DNA from: a virus
IMG/VR virus record: IMGVR_UViG_3300045988_092324
Coordinates: 1 to 34,786 of that record
Length of the DNA stretch: 34,786 bases
Reading direction: 5' to 3' (one strand)
A program made the position numbers and the translations under genes. The notes below the pieces were generated by a model. The model was given only the letters and a program-made list of their open reading frames with translations. It was not told the DNA's origin and did no database searches. How positions within the stretch are numbered: the first letter of the stretch is position 1; each line of letters opens with the position of its first letter. This document shows positions 23,356-33,312 of this stretch, one piece after another.

Positions 23356-23577
23356 ATGAACCCCATAACCGAATGTAAGCGATGCTCCGACTGCGCCATC
23401 AGGCTCGGCTTCGGCTTCACCCAGCCCGACGTGCTGATATGCACCGTGCGAGGCGACGATGTGGGGCCGGGCGACGGCTGCACCATGGGCATCCCCGGTG
23501 AGCCCGTGCAGGCCGTCGAGGCGTGCGAGGTAGACGTGTCCGGCCGCGTCGGCTACGGCACGGAGGTGCTGGACTGA
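23356..23577 (+). CDS. Small Cys-rich protein (73 aa)
   Basis: RBS GAGGGAGG. Cys motifs are ECKRCSDC...ICTV...GCTMG. Confidence 0.55.
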   Translation: MNPITECKRCSDCAIRLGFGFTQPDVLICTVRGDDVGPGDGCTMGIPGEPVQAVEACEVDVSGRVGYGTEVLD

Positions 23578-24050
23578 TGGCCGCGCCGCGAAGGGTCGGC
23601 AAGGAGAAGTGGAGCGCCAAGAACGACACGTGGACTGACCGAAACGGCGTCGTCACGGAGGGCATGGGCGAGAAGGGCTTTACCAGGGGCACCGCCAAGG
23701 GCCTGCTCGCCTCCGACATCTCCGGCCTCGTCGAGATACGGCAGGACAACCGCGAGGCCATCGCCGACGCCATCGACCGGGCGCTCGTCGCCGCGCTGGA
23801 GGAGGTCGGCCTCGCCGCGGAGGGCTACGCCAAGCGCGCCTGCCCGGTCGACACGGGCCGCCTCCGCAACTCAATCACCCACATCCTCGACGAGGGCACC
23901 CGCCACGTCATCATCGGCACGAACGTCGAGTACGCGCCCTACGTCGAGCTGGGGACGAGGCACCAGAGGCCGCAGCCGTTCCTAAAGCCGGCCGCCAACG
24001 ACCACTACTCCACGTACAAGGGAATCTTCCTCAAGCACCTCCGCGGCTAG
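23577..24050 (+). CDS. HK97 gp10-family head-tail component
   Basis: KRACPVDTGRLRNSI...IGTNVEYAPYVELGTRHQRPQPFLKPA is the gp10-family signature. TGATG coupling to the upstream gene. Confidence 0.75.
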   Translation: MAAPRRVGKEKWSAKNDTWTDRNGVVTEGMGEKGFTRGTAKGLLASDISGLVEIRQDNREAIADAIDRALVAALEEVGLAAEGYAKRACPVDTGRLRNSITHILDEGTRHVIIGTNVEYAPYVELGTRHQRPQPFLKPAANDHYSTYKGIFLKHLRG

Positions 24051-24157
24051 GGCCGCGTTACGCGCCACGGACGATGTCGCCGCGGCGACGGACTGCCGCA
24101 CGGGGAGGCCGCGACGAAAAGCCGGCGCCCCGGTCCATCCGAGGAAAAGGAGACAGC

Positions 24158-24718
24158 GTGGCACTGACGCGGAAGATGCTCAAGGCAATGGGCATCGAGG
24201 ACGAGAAGATCGAGCAGATCATCGAGGAGCACGTCGAGAGCGTCGACGGCCTGAAGGCCGAGCGCGACCGCTACAAGGCGGGCGCCGACGAGGCAGAGGG
24301 CCTGCGAAGGCAGCTCGAGGAGGCCAAGAAGGCCGGCGAGGGCGCCGGCGAGTACGAGGAGAAGTACAAGGCCAAGTGCAAGGAGCTCGACGACTTCAAG
24401 GCGAAGGTCGACGGCGAGGCGGCGGAGCGCGAGAAGCGCGGCCTGTACCGCGAGCTGCTGGCCGGCGCGGGCGTCGACCCCAAGCGCATCGACACCGTGC
24501 TCAAGGTCTCCGACCTGTCGGGCGTGACCGTCAAGGACGGCGCCATCGAGGGCGCCGACGAGCTGACCGAGTCCATCAAGTCCGACTGGGCCGACTTCAT
24601 CGCGGTCAAGACCACGCAGGGCGCGACCGTGCCCAACCCGCCCAAGAGCACCGGCGGCGCCGCAGCGCCCAAGAACCTGCGCGAGGCGCTCCACCAACGC
24701 TACGAGAACAAGGAGTAA
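24158..24718 (+). CDS. Scaffolding protein (GP20-like)
   Basis: GTG at 24158 with AAAAGGAGA upstream. Charged coiled coil (LKAMGIEDEKIEQIIEEHVESVDGLKAERD...). Directly upstream of the capsid gene. Confidence 0.8.
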   Translation: MALTRKMLKAMGIEDEKIEQIIEEHVESVDGLKAERDRYKAGADEAEGLRRQLEEAKKAGEGAGEYEEKYKAKCKELDDFKAKVDGEAAEREKRGLYRELLAGAGVDPKRIDTVLKVSDLSGVTVKDGAIEGADELTESIKSDWADFIAVKTTQGATVPNPPKSTGGAAAPKNLREALHQRYENKE

Positions 24719-24721
24719 CAC

Positions 24722-25717
24722 ATGCCCATCACACTCGAAGAGGCAAAGGTCGGCATGTCCGACCGCGTCGACCAGTCCGTGGTCGACACCTTCCAGCGCT
24801 CGTCCCTCCTGCTGGACAAGCTGACGTTCGACAACGCCATCTCGCCCGGCACCGGCGGCTCCACGCTGGCCTACGGCTACACGCAGCTCAAGACCCCGGC
24901 GACCGCCGGCGTCCGCGCCATCAACGTCGAGTACACGGCGAACGAGGCCAAGCGCGAGAAGAAGACCACCAACGCCGTCATCATGGGCGGTGCCTTCCAG
25001 GTCGACCGCGTCCTGCAGAACACCTCCGGCGCCGTGGACGAGCTGGCCTTCCAGCTGGAGCAGAAGATCAAGGCCGTGGCCAACGAGTTCCACTACCTCG
25101 TCATCAACGGCAAGGCGGCCGGCACCGCCGGCGCCGGCAAGCCCGACGGCACGTTCGACGGCCTCGCCAAGCTGCTCTCCGGCACGTCCAACGAAATCGC
25201 CTCCGCCGTCGACGTGTCCACCGCCGACCTCATGACCAAGAACGCCCAGGCGTTCCTCGACGAGGTCGACTACCTGCTCTCGCAGGTCGACGGCCCGAAC
25301 ATGCTGATGATGAACGGCAAGATGCTGACGAAGTTCCGCGGCATCGCCCGACGCGCCGGCTACTACGAGCGCACCAAGGACGACGCCGGCCGATACATCG
25401 AGACCTACAACGGCGTGCCCATCGTCGACCTCGGCAAGTACTACAACGGCACCACCGCCGTCGACGCCGTCGCCGACACCGCCGCCACGGCAGCCGCGCT
25501 CGGCAAGTCCGACATCTATGCCGTATCCCTCGGCCTCGACGGCTTCCACGGCATCTCGCCGACCGGCACCGGCGTGGTCCAGTCCTACATGCCCGACATG
25601 GCGCAGCCCGGCGCCGTCAAGACCGGCGAGGTCGAGCTCGTGGCCGGCGTGGCCCTCAAGAACACGCTCAAGGCCGGCGTCCTCAAGGGCATCGGCACCG
25701 CCCCGAAGCTGGGCTAA
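24722..25717 (+). CDS. Major capsid protein
   Basis: 331 aa directly after the scaffold gene. Balanced composition and high expression-type codon usage. Confidence 0.85.
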   Translation: MPITLEEAKVGMSDRVDQSVVDTFQRSSLLLDKLTFDNAISPGTGGSTLAYGYTQLKTPATAGVRAINVEYTANEAKREKKTTNAVIMGGAFQVDRVLQNTSGAVDELAFQLEQKIKAVANEFHYLVINGKAAGTAGAGKPDGTFDGLAKLLSGTSNEIASAVDVSTADLMTKNAQAFLDEVDYLLSQVDGPNMLMMNGKMLTKFRGIARRAGYYERTKDDAGRYIETYNGVPIVDLGKYYNGTTAVDAVADTAATAAALGKSDIYAVSLGLDGFHGISPTGTGVVQSYMPDMAQPGAVKTGEVELVAGVALKNTLKAGVLKGIGTAPKLG

Positions 25718-25720
25718 GCC

Positions 25721-26140
25721 ATGCTCGAGGAGCTGCTGCGCGCCCTGCGCAACTGGTTCGTCCGCGACAAGGCCACCGGCCGAATTCGTGTCGAGGGCGG
25801 GGCGCTGGTCCCGCCCGAGGGCCTCGCGCTGGCGGACGGCCAGTACATCCGCGTGACCGGCTCCGTGTTCAACGACGGCCTGCACCGCTGGCCCTGCACG
25901 GGCATGACCGACGAGGAGTTCGTCGGCACCGTGTGGGCGCTCGCGGTGCCGAAGGCCGTCCTCGACCTCGCGGACGAGATCGACGCGTGGCGCAAGGAGC
26001 ACGCCGGGGAGCTGGACGGCCCGTACCAGTCCGAGAGCTTCGGCGGATACAGCTACACCCGCGTGATGGGCGCCGACGGCCGACCGCTGACGTGGCGCGA
26101 CCAGTTCAAGGCGCGCATGGACCCCTGGAGGAAGCTGTGA
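25721..26140 (+). CDS. Head-tail connector / head completion protein (position-based)
   Basis: 139 aa following the capsid gene. Confidence 0.5.
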   Translation: MLEELLRALRNWFVRDKATGRIRVEGGALVPPEGLALADGQYIRVTGSVFNDGLHRWPCTGMTDEEFVGTVWALAVPKAVLDLADEIDAWRKEHAGELDGPYQSESFGGYSYTRVMGADGRPLTWRDQFKARMDPWRKL

Positions 26141-26490
26141 GCCGCCTGTACGAGCGCATGCGCGTGCCGTGCGTGCGCATGGTCCGCAGGAGCGTGCCGG
26201 ACGGCGAGGGCGGCTGGACGGAGACGTGGGCCACGGGCCGCAGCTTCGCCGCGACCATCGTCCGCGACACGTCGGCCGAGGCCCGAATCGCCGAGGCGGC
26301 GGGCGTCGCCAACTCCTACACGGTGACGTGCAGCGAGGAACTGTCCCACGGCGACGTGTTCAGGCGCGTCTCCGACGGGCAGGTGTTCCGCGTCACGTCC
26401 GACGCCGACGACGGACGTCCGCCAGCGTGCGCGACGTTCTCGTTCACCCAGTGCACGGCCGAGGAATGGAGGCTGCCGGATGCCGACTAG
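26137..26490 (+). CDS. Head closure / head-tail joining protein (position-based)
   Basis: GTGA overlap. 117 aa. It is the real tail end of a long shadow ORF (24376-26490). Confidence 0.55.
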   Translation: MSRLYERMRVPCVRMVRRSVPDGEGGWTETWATGRSFAATIVRDTSAEARIAEAAGVANSYTVTCSEELSHGDVFRRVSDGQVFRVTSDADDGRPPACATFSFTQCTAEEWRLPDAD

Positions 26491-26851
26491 GACCGCGGCG
26501 CTCGCCGCATGGCTCGGGGGCTTCGGCATGCCCGCCTATTCCGCGCAGGCCGTTCCCGATGACGCCGAGCTGCCGTACCTCACGTTCACGCCGGTCTCCG
26601 GCGCCTGGGGCGACGGCGAGCAGGGCGTCACCGTGGAGACATGGCGCCGCACCGAGTCCGAGGCCGAGGCCAACGCCGACGCCGAGGCCGTCGGGCGCGC
26701 GCTGGGGCTCGGCGGCGTGATGCTGCCCTGCGACGGCGGCGGCCTGTGGGTCAGGCGCGGCTCGCCGTTCTGGCAGGCCGCCGACTCGGGCGAGCCGGGC
26801 GTCAAGCGCCGCTACGTAAACCTCTCAATCGAGAACATCACGACCTTTTAG
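26480..26851 (+). CDS. Tail completion/terminator-like protein (position-based)
   Basis: 123 aa between the head-closure and major-tail genes. Confidence 0.5.
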   Translation: MPTRTAALAAWLGGFGMPAYSAQAVPDDAELPYLTFTPVSGAWGDGEQGVTVETWRRTESEAEANADAEAVGRALGLGGVMLPCDGGGLWVRRGSPFWQAADSGEPGVKRRYVNLSIENITTF

Positions 26852-26859
26852 GGGGTCCC

Positions 26860-27462
26860 ATGAAATACACCCAGATCCCGCAGGACACGTTCAACAACAT
26901 CCAGCTGAACGCCGGCGTCCTGCTCAAGGCGTTCACCCCGGACACCGGCACGCTCAAGGCGACCGACATCCTCGGCGCGACGTCCGGCGGCGTCAACTTC
27001 ACCGCCACGCCGAGCTTCATCGACTACGGCGAGGACATCGACAACTGTCCGAAGAACATGAAGGAGCTCAAGCAGCTCGACGGCTGGGAGGCCAAGATGT
27101 CCGGCACGTTCGTGACCGTGACCGCCGAGCTCGCCACCAAGCTCACGGGCGCCGCCGACACCGCCGCCGAGAAGGTGACCCCGCGCAACGACCTCAAGTC
27201 CGCCGACTTCGCCGACCTGTGGTGGGTGGGCGACTACAGCGCCGTCAACGAGGACGGCACCAAGGGCGCGAGCGCCGGCTTCTGCGCCATCCGCCTGCTC
27301 AACTCCCTGAGCACCGGCGGCTTCCAGATCCAGTCCGGCGACAAGGCCAAGGCGCAGTTTGAATTCGAGTTCACCGGGCACTACTCGATGGAGCACCCCG
27401 AGACGGTGCCGTTCGAGATCTACGTCAAGGCCGGTACCGACGGCACGGGGGTGGCAGCCTGA
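26860..27462 (+). CDS. Major tail protein
   Basis: ATG at 26860. 200 aa, located immediately before the frameshifted chaperone pair. Confidence 0.8.
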   Translation: MKYTQIPQDTFNNIQLNAGVLLKAFTPDTGTLKATDILGATSGGVNFTATPSFIDYGEDIDNCPKNMKELKQLDGWEAKMSGTFVTVTAELATKLTGAADTAAEKVTPRNDLKSADFADLWWVGDYSAVNEDGTKGASAGFCAIRLLNSLSTGGFQIQSGDKAKAQFEFEFTGHYSMEHPETVPFEIYVKAGTDGTGVAA

Positions 27463-27860
27463 TGCGAATCGACGAGTTCACGGCGGACGAGTTCCTGACC
27501 TCGGCGCAGCTGCTCGCCGAGGTGGCCGAGGAGGCCATGGGCGGCAAGCTCGGCGAGGAGCTCAAGCGCTCCTACATGTCCTACCGCGCCGCGGCCAAAG
27601 CCGCCAAGGCCGAGGGCGGCGAAGAGGACGAGGTCAAGGCCAAGGTCGAGGTCCAGGCCGTCGATATGTTGGGCGGCCTGCTGCCCGTCCTGCTGCGCGA
27701 GGGCGGCGAGCTGTCGCTCAAGCTCCTCGCCGCGCTGGACGGCCAGACCCTCGACGAGTACAAGGCCTGCTTCACCATGGCCAAGTACGCCGCCGACATC
27801 AAGGCCGCGGTCGACAGCATCGACACCGTCAAGGAGATCGCCGCGCCTTTTTTCGGCTAG
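27462..27860 (+). CDS. Tail assembly chaperone (G-like, short product)
   Basis: 132 aa, acidic. Ends 6 nt after a slippery T-run. Confidence 0.85.
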   Translation: MRIDEFTADEFLTSAQLLAEVAEEAMGGKLGEELKRSYMSYRAAAKAAKAEGGEEDEVKAKVEVQAVDMLGGLLPVLLREGGELSLKLLAALDGQTLDEYKACFTMAKYAADIKAAVDSIDTVKEIAAPFFG

Positions 27861-28144
27861 CCGCCGACGACCCGGAGCTGCTCTGGCTCTACCTGGGCGA
27901 GTACACCGGACCACGGCGTGCTCGCCCTTTTGCTAGGTACCTGTCCGCGCGGCAGCGCAGGGAGGCCGAGGAGGACGCGTACAGGGTGTACCTGACGGAG
28001 TCCATCCGCCTCGCCGTGCAGTCGCGCTACATCGCCAAGCCCTACCTGGAGCTCGTGCGGGGCGCGGCAGAGCCGGCAGACACCCGGAGCGGCGACGAGA
28101 TCGCGGCGGACGTAATCGGCAAGTTGGGATTGGAGGTGCTGTAG
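27462..28144 (+). CDS. Tail assembly chaperone, -1 frameshift fusion product (GT-like, about 227 aa)
   Basis: A -1 slip on T_TTT_TTC (27848-27854) joins ...IAAPFF to RLAADDPELLWLYLGEY..., which ends 1 nt before the tape measure ATG. Confidence 0.8.
27848..27854 (+). promoter_or_regulatory. Programmed -1 ribosomal frameshift slippery heptamer
   Basis: T TTT TTC in the zero frame (CCT TTT TTC GGC TAG). The -1 frame is open to 28144. Confidence 0.8.
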
Positions 28145-30376
28145 ATGGACCTTCTCGACCTCTTGGTCAAGATCGGCGTCGACGACCAGGCATCCGGCAA
28201 GGTCGACGGCATCGCCGGCGGCATCGGCAGCAAGCTCGGGGCGGCCGCCGGCAAGGCCGCGTCGCTGGTCGCGGCCGGAGTAACGGCAGTGGCTGCCGGC
28301 GTCGCGGCGGTGACCGGCATGAGCATGAGCGCCTACGCCGCCTACGAGCAGAACGTCGGCGGCATACAGAAGATTTTCGGCAACATGGGCAAGTCCCTCG
28401 AGGACTACGCCGCCATGACCGGCCAGACCGTCGAGCAGTGCTCCGGTAAGTGGGAGCAGCTCGAGCAGGCCCAGACGACGGTGCTGGCCAACGCCGACGC
28501 AGCCTACAAGACGGCCGGCATGAGCGCCAACCGGTACATGGAGCAGGTGACCGGCTTCTCGGCCGCGCTCGTCTCCTCGCTCGGCGGCGACACGGTCAAG
28601 GCCGCCGAGTACGCCGACACGGCCATGGTCGACATGGGCGACAACGCGAACACCTTCGGCACGGCGATGGAGGACCTCCAGAACGCGTACCAGGGCTTCG
28701 CGAAACAGAACTACACCATGCTCGACAACTTGAAGCTGGGATACGGCGGCACCAGGGAGGAGATGCAGCGCCTCGTCAAGGACGCGCACGCCGTCAACTC
28801 CGCCGTGGACGAGTCGAGCCTCTCATTCGACAACATCGTGCTCGCCATCCACACGATGCAGGAGCAGATGCAGATCGCCGGCACGACCTCGCGCGAGGCC
28901 GCGACGACCATCGAGGGCTCCTGCAACATGGCCAAGGCCGCGTGGGAGAACTGGGTGACGGAGCTCGGCAAGGACGACGCCGACATGGGCAAGCTCACGA
29001 CAGAGCTGGTCGAGTCGGTCGAGACGGCGGCCTCCAACATCGTGCCGCGCGTGGCGACCATCGTGTCCACGGCCGTCGAGCAGCTCCCCGGGGTCATAGC
29101 GACGCTGGCGCCGGTCGCCGGCGAGGCCTTCATGTCCATCGCCGACAGCGCCATGTCGGCGCTCTCGGGCGCCTTCGGCGGGTTGGACGAGATAGGCGCG
29201 CAGGTCGGACCGGTGCTCTACGACGGAATCGTGAACGGCCTGTCGTTCCTCTCCGGCGCGGCGGCCGACATCATGACCCGGCTGGGCGGCTACCTGGCCG
29301 AGAACCTGCCGTCCATCATGGAGAGCGGCCTGCAGATTCTCACCGGCCTCTCAGAGTCCATAGCCGAGAACGCGGGCGTTCTTGCCGAGGGCGCGGCGAA
29401 CCTCATAGTCGGCCTGGCGCAGGGTATCGCCGACAGCCTGCCGACCATCATCGAGCAGGCGCCGGTTATCGTGCAGAACCTCGCCGGTGCGATCAACGAC
29501 AACGCGCCGACGCTGCTCGGTGCCGGCATCCAGGCAATCGTGACGCTGGCGCTCGGCATCGTGCAGGCGATACCGACGCTCATCGCCAACATCCCGGCCA
29601 TCTTCTCGGCCTTCGTCTCGGCTTGGTCGGCGCTCGACTGGCTGAGCCTAGGCAGGAACGCCATCACGTTCCTGGGCAACGGCATCGCCGGCATGGCCGG
29701 TTTCGTCAGCACGTGCGGCACCAACATCGTGTCCGCCATCCGCGGGGCCATCGCCAACCTGCCGGCGACGCTGGCGAACCTCGGCAAGGTTGCCATGTAC
29801 AACCTGCAGGGCGCCATCTCGGGCGCAGTCGGTGCAGTGAAGGGCGCGGCGCTACGCATCGCGTCGAACATCGAGTCCTCCTTCCTTGGCTTGCCGGCCC
29901 GCGTGGCCTCCATCGGCCGCAACATCGTTCAGGGCATCGCCAACGGAATCAGCGGTGCGGCCGGCGTGGTCGTCAACAAGATAACCGGCGTGGTCGGCGG
30001 CGCCATCGAGGCGGCCAAGAACCTGCTCGGCATCCACTCGCCCTCGCGCGTGTTCCGCAAGATATTCGGCTACGTGATGCAGGGCGCGGCCCTCGGCATC
30101 GACGACACGGCGGACGAGCCCGTGAAGTCAATGGAGTCCGCCGTCGGGAGGGTCGAGCGCGCCGCGGCGTTCGATGCGACGGTCAGGGCCGACGGCCCGC
30201 GTTACGGCGACCGGACCATTTCCGGCACCGGGGAGGGCGTTGTCGCGGACGGCGGCGCATCGGCCGTCATCGGCTGGCTGGCCGAGAACCTGCCCTCCAT
30301 CATCGCGGAGTTCACGCCCGTCATGGGCGAGTCGGAGTTCGGGCGCAGGGCGAGGAAGGCGGTCGCGTATGCCTGA
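28145..30376 (+). CDS. Tape measure protein
   Basis: 743 aa. Ala/Gly/Ile-rich repetitive hydrophobic core. Canonical position after the chaperone pair. Confidence 0.9.
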   Translation: MDLLDLLVKIGVDDQASGKVDGIAGGIGSKLGAAAGKAASLVAAGVTAVAAGVAAVTGMSMSAYAAYEQNVGGIQKIFGNMGKSLEDYAAMTGQTVEQCSGKWEQLEQAQTTVLANADAAYKTAGMSANRYMEQVTGFSAALVSSLGGDTVKAAEYADTAMVDMGDNANTFGTAMEDLQNAYQGFAKQNYTMLDNLKLGYGGTREEMQRLVKDAHAVNSAVDESSLSFDNIVLAIHTMQEQMQIAGTTSREAATTIEGSCNMAKAAWENWVTELGKDDADMGKLTTELVESVETAASNIVPRVATIVSTAVEQLPGVIATLAPVAGEAFMSIADSAMSALSGAFGGLDEIGAQVGPVLYDGIVNGLSFLSGAAADIMTRLGGYLAENLPSIMESGLQILTGLSESIAENAGVLAEGAANLIVGLAQGIADSLPTIIEQAPVIVQNLAGAINDNAPTLLGAGIQAIVTLALGIVQAIPTLIANIPAIFSAFVSAWSALDWLSLGRNAITFLGNGIAGMAGFVSTCGTNIVSAIRGAIANLPATLANLGKVAMYNLQGAISGAVGAVKGAALRIASNIESSFLGLPARVASIGRNIVQGIANGISGAAGVVVNKITGVVGGAIEAAKNLLGIHSPSRVFRKIFGYVMQGAALGIDDTADEPVKSMESAVGRVERAAAFDATVRADGPRYGDRTISGTGEGVVADGGASAVIGWLAENLPSIIAEFTPVMGESEFGRRARKAVAYA

Positions 30377-31184
30377 TATCGAATATGAATCGGGCATGGG
30401 GGCGGTCATCCCGCTCAATTCCGGCATCTACGTCGGCAGGCCGAACGACCTCTTCAGCCGCGAATGGGACTACAAGATCGGGTACCGCGCGCTGTCGACC
30501 GCATCGCGCGGCGCCCGCAAGGCCTCGTTCAGGGCGGTCTTCGCCGACATGGGGCTGGCCGACGAGTTCCGCCGCTGCGCGGACCTCGACGTCTCGGGCA
30601 ACACGCCCGGGACGCTGAGGGTCGGGGACTGGTTCCAGCGCTGCCTCGTCCTCGCGTCGAAGGTCGACGGGGTGCGGGACGGGCTCTTCACCGCGAAGAT
30701 CACCGTCGTGCTGCTCGACGGCCTGTGGCGCAGGGGCGTCACGACGGAGTTCGCGCCCGTCAACGGCTCGTCCGGGTACGAGTTCCTCGACCTGCCGCAT
30801 GATTTGCCGTACGACCTAGGCGTGACCCCACCGCTGCAATACGCCATCAACCCAGGCTACTCCGGCAGCCCCGCGAAGTTTGTCGTGTACGGGCCCGCGG
30901 TCAACCCTTCTGTGCGCCTGGCTGGCAATCTGTACCAGGTGGACGTGACCGTTCCCGAGGGCGGTTACATGGATATCGACCCATTGCGGCGCACCGTCAC
31001 CGTTGTCGCCGCAGACGGCACCACGATGGACGCCTTCGGCAAGGCGCACCGAGGCAGCGGGGCAGGCTCGGGAGAGTACATCTTCGAGCGCGTGCCGGCC
31101 GGCACCTGCGAGGTCTCGTGGGACAACAGCTTCGGCTTCGACCTGACGCTCTACGAGGAGGAGGGGGAGCCGGCATGGTCCTAG
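30369..31184 (+). CDS. Distal tail protein (Dit-like)
   Basis: ATG at 30369 overlaps the tape measure stop. 271 aa, in the canonical position. Confidence 0.7.
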   Translation: MPDIEYESGMGAVIPLNSGIYVGRPNDLFSREWDYKIGYRALSTASRGARKASFRAVFADMGLADEFRRCADLDVSGNTPGTLRVGDWFQRCLVLASKVDGVRDGLFTAKITVVLLDGLWRRGVTTEFAPVNGSSGYEFLDLPHDLPYDLGVTPPLQYAINPGYSGSPAKFVVYGPAVNPSVRLAGNLYQVDVTVPEGGYMDIDPLRRTVTVVAADGTTMDAFGKAHRGSGAGSGEYIFERVPAGTCEVSWDNSFGFDLTLYEEEGEPAWS

Positions 31185-33310
31185 TGGTGAGCGACCCGGC
31201 GGCCGGGGACGTCCGCGAGATCGAGGACTTCGAGCTCGACCTCGCGTTCGGCAGCGACGAGAACGCCCTGAAGCTCGAGGCGCGCGCCGGCGAGGCCCCC
31301 GCCGAGGGGCATCTCGTGTTCATCGACGGGACCGAGTACGGCGGCGTCGTCGACGAGGTCGCCTACGAGGCGGGCAGGGAGGCCTCCGGCACCGTCCTGT
31401 GCAAGGGCCGCACGTGGCACGGCATCCTGGCGGGCAAGCGCCTGCTCCCCGACTCGGGCAGCGGGTACCTCGCGGTGAGCGGCAAGGCGGGCGAGGTGCT
31501 CGCGTCCCTCATATCCCGCATGGGGCTGTCCGGGCTGTTCTCGGCAGCCGTGGACGATACGGCGGTCAGCTATACCTTCGACCGCTTCGCGGACGGGTAC
31601 GGCGGCCTGAAGGCCCTGGCGGAGGCGAACGGGCGCAAGGTCTCGATGCGCCGCCTAGGCGGCAAGGTCGAGCTATCGCTGCCCCCGGTCGTCGACTACG
31701 CGGACAAGGTCGACTCGGACCTGCTCGACTTCACGCTGACGAGCGTCCACCGCTGCGTCAACCATCTGGTGTGCGCCGGCACGGGCGAGCTCGAGAACCG
31801 CGCCGTGGTCCATTTCTACGCCGACGCGGCGGGCAACGTCAGCCACACCCAGAGCCTCTTCGGCGTCGACGAGATATGCGCGCTCTACGACTACAGCAAC
31901 GCCGACGAGGCGAAGCTCGAGGAGGAGGGCGGCAAGAAGCTCAGGGAGTACCAGACCCGGGGCAGCGTCGAGGTCGACGCGCACGAGGATATCGACGTCG
32001 ACGTCGGCGACATCATCTCGGCGCGCGACAACGCGCACGGCAGGACCGTCAGCGCGACCGTGGTGAAGAAGATCGTGCAGGTCTCGCGCGGCGTGGCAAC
32101 GTATAGGTATGAGGTCGGCAGCGAGACCACGACGAAGAACTCGTCCAGCGCGATCGCCGACGGAGGTGGCGGGCACGCTTACCTGGCGGGAAAGGGCCTG
32201 AAGCTCGAGAACTACACGTTTAGTGCGGAGGTCGACGCGGAATCGCTCAAGGCCGTTGAGGCCAAGGCCGACAAGGCCGTAACAGACGCCTCAAGCTCGC
32301 TCCAGACGTGGGCGCAGGCGGATATCGCCATGGGAGAAGTGTCAACGCTCACGGAAGGCTCTAAGGCCACCGCTTCGCTCTCAGGCGAAGGGCTGGTCAA
32401 GACACTCTCGCTCGGAATTCCACGCGGCGCGACCGGCATCCAGGGTCCGAGGGGCGAACGCGGGGCCACTGGTCCCCAAGGCCCGCAGGGAATCAAGGGT
32501 GACACCGGCGCGACAGGCTCGCAGGGACCTACGGGACCACAAGGCCCCAAGGGAGCCACTGGTCCGCAGGGTCCCAAGGGAGACACGGGCGAGCAGGGAC
32601 CGCAGGGCGTTCAGGGAAAGCAGGGGCCGCAGGGCATACAGGGCGAGACGGGGCCGCGCGGTCCGCAGGGATTGCAGGGCATCCAAGGTCCCAAGGGAGA
32701 CACGGGCGAGGGCTTCTCCATCTCGAAGGTATACGCGAGCTACGACGCGATGCGGGCGGGGTGGAAGACGGACGGCGTGAAGGTCGGCGGGTTCGCGGTC
32801 ATCGGCTCGAATGTCGAGGACCCGCACAACGCCGAGCTGTACGTGAAGTCGGCAGACGGCTACTCGCTGATCGCCGACATGAGCGGCGCGACCGGCGTCA
32901 AGGGCGAGCAGGGCCCCACGGGCCCGCAGGGCCCGGTCGGCGCGACCGGAGCGGCGGGGGCAACTGGGCCGCAAGGCCCGAAGGGAGCCACCGGCGCAAC
33001 CGGTCCGCAGGGCCCCAAGGGCGAGACGGGGGCAACCGGCGCGACCGGCGCGAAGGGCGCGACCGGCCCCACGGGGCCGCAGGGCGTGAAGGGCGAGCAG
33101 GGCGAACGCGGCCCGCAGGGTATACAGGGCCCGAAGGGCGAGAAGGGCGAGCGCGGCGACTCGGGCGTCACCGTACCGCTGTCGGGGTTCTTCTCGCTGA
33201 CGGTGGACGCCGACGGCAACCTCTGGTCGCACGTGGCGGACGGGGCGGCAGCCCCGCCGCTCTCATACGACTCGTCCACTGGCGAGCTTTACTATGAGAT
33301 AGGTGAATAA
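31175..33310 (+). CDS. Tail-tip/fibre protein: Sipho_Gp37-like N-terminus plus two collagen-like (G-X-Y) blocks
   Basis: ATG at 31175 after GAGGAGGAGGGGG. The N-terminus is [33 protein letters not shown] runs lie at 32426-32710 and 32885-33166. Confidence 0.8.
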   Translation: MVLVVSDPAAGDVREIEDFELDLAFGSDENALKLEARAGEAPAEGHLVFIDGTEYGGVVDEVAYEAGREASGTVLCKGRTWHGILAGKRLLPDSGSGYLAVSGKAGEVLASLISRMGLSGLFSAAVDDTAVSYTFDRFADGYGGLKALAEANGRKVSMRRLGGKVELSLPPVVDYADKVDSDLLDFTLTSVHRCVNHLVCAGTGELENRAVVHFYADAAGNVSHTQSLFGVDEICALYDYSNADEAKLEEEGGKKLREYQTRGSVEVDAHEDIDVDVGDIISARDNAHGRTVSATVVKKIVQVSRGVATYRYEVGSETTTKNSSSAIADGGGGHAYLAGKGLKLENYTFSAEVDAESLKAVEAKADKAVTDASSSLQTWAQADIAMGEVSTLTEGSKATASLSGEGLVKTLSLGIPRGATGIQGPRGERGATGPQGPQGIKGDTGATGSQGPTGPQGPKGATGPQGPKGDTGEQGPQGVQGKQGPQGIQGETGPRGPQGLQGIQGPKGDTGEGFSISKVYASYDAMRAGWKTDGVKVGGFAVIGSNVEDPHNAELYVKSADGYSLIADMSGATGVKGEQGPTGPQGPVGATGAAGATGPQGPKGATGATGPQGPKGETGATGATGAKGATGPTGPQGVKGEQGERGPQGIQGPKGEKGERGDSGVTVPLSGFFSLTVDADGNLWSHVADGAAAPPLSYDSSTGELYYEIGE
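32426..32710 (+). repeat. Collagen-like G-X-Y triplet block 1 (95 triplets)
   Basis: Uninterrupted GGN-NNN-NNN periodicity ([28 protein letters not shown]...). Confidence 0.95.
32885..33166 (+). repeat. Collagen-like G-X-Y triplet block 2
   Basis: [34 protein letters not shown]...GERGDSG. Confidence 0.95.
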
Positions 33311-33312
33311 TC

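Noticed and set aside
24047-26002. Very long ORFs antisense to or out of frame with recognised genes. Examples are 24047-26002 (-), 24376-26490 (+), 28450-30618 (+), 27857-28789 (-), 9684-10799 (-), 10637-11923 (-), 19862-21052 (-), 21413-22738 (-), 1645-2853 (-) and 18047-19135 (+).
   Set aside because: Their translations are dominated by Arg/Gly/Ala/Pro/His runs. They lack ribosome-binding sites and fully overlap genes with clear family signatures. This is typical of stop-codon-poor shadow frames in high-GC DNA.
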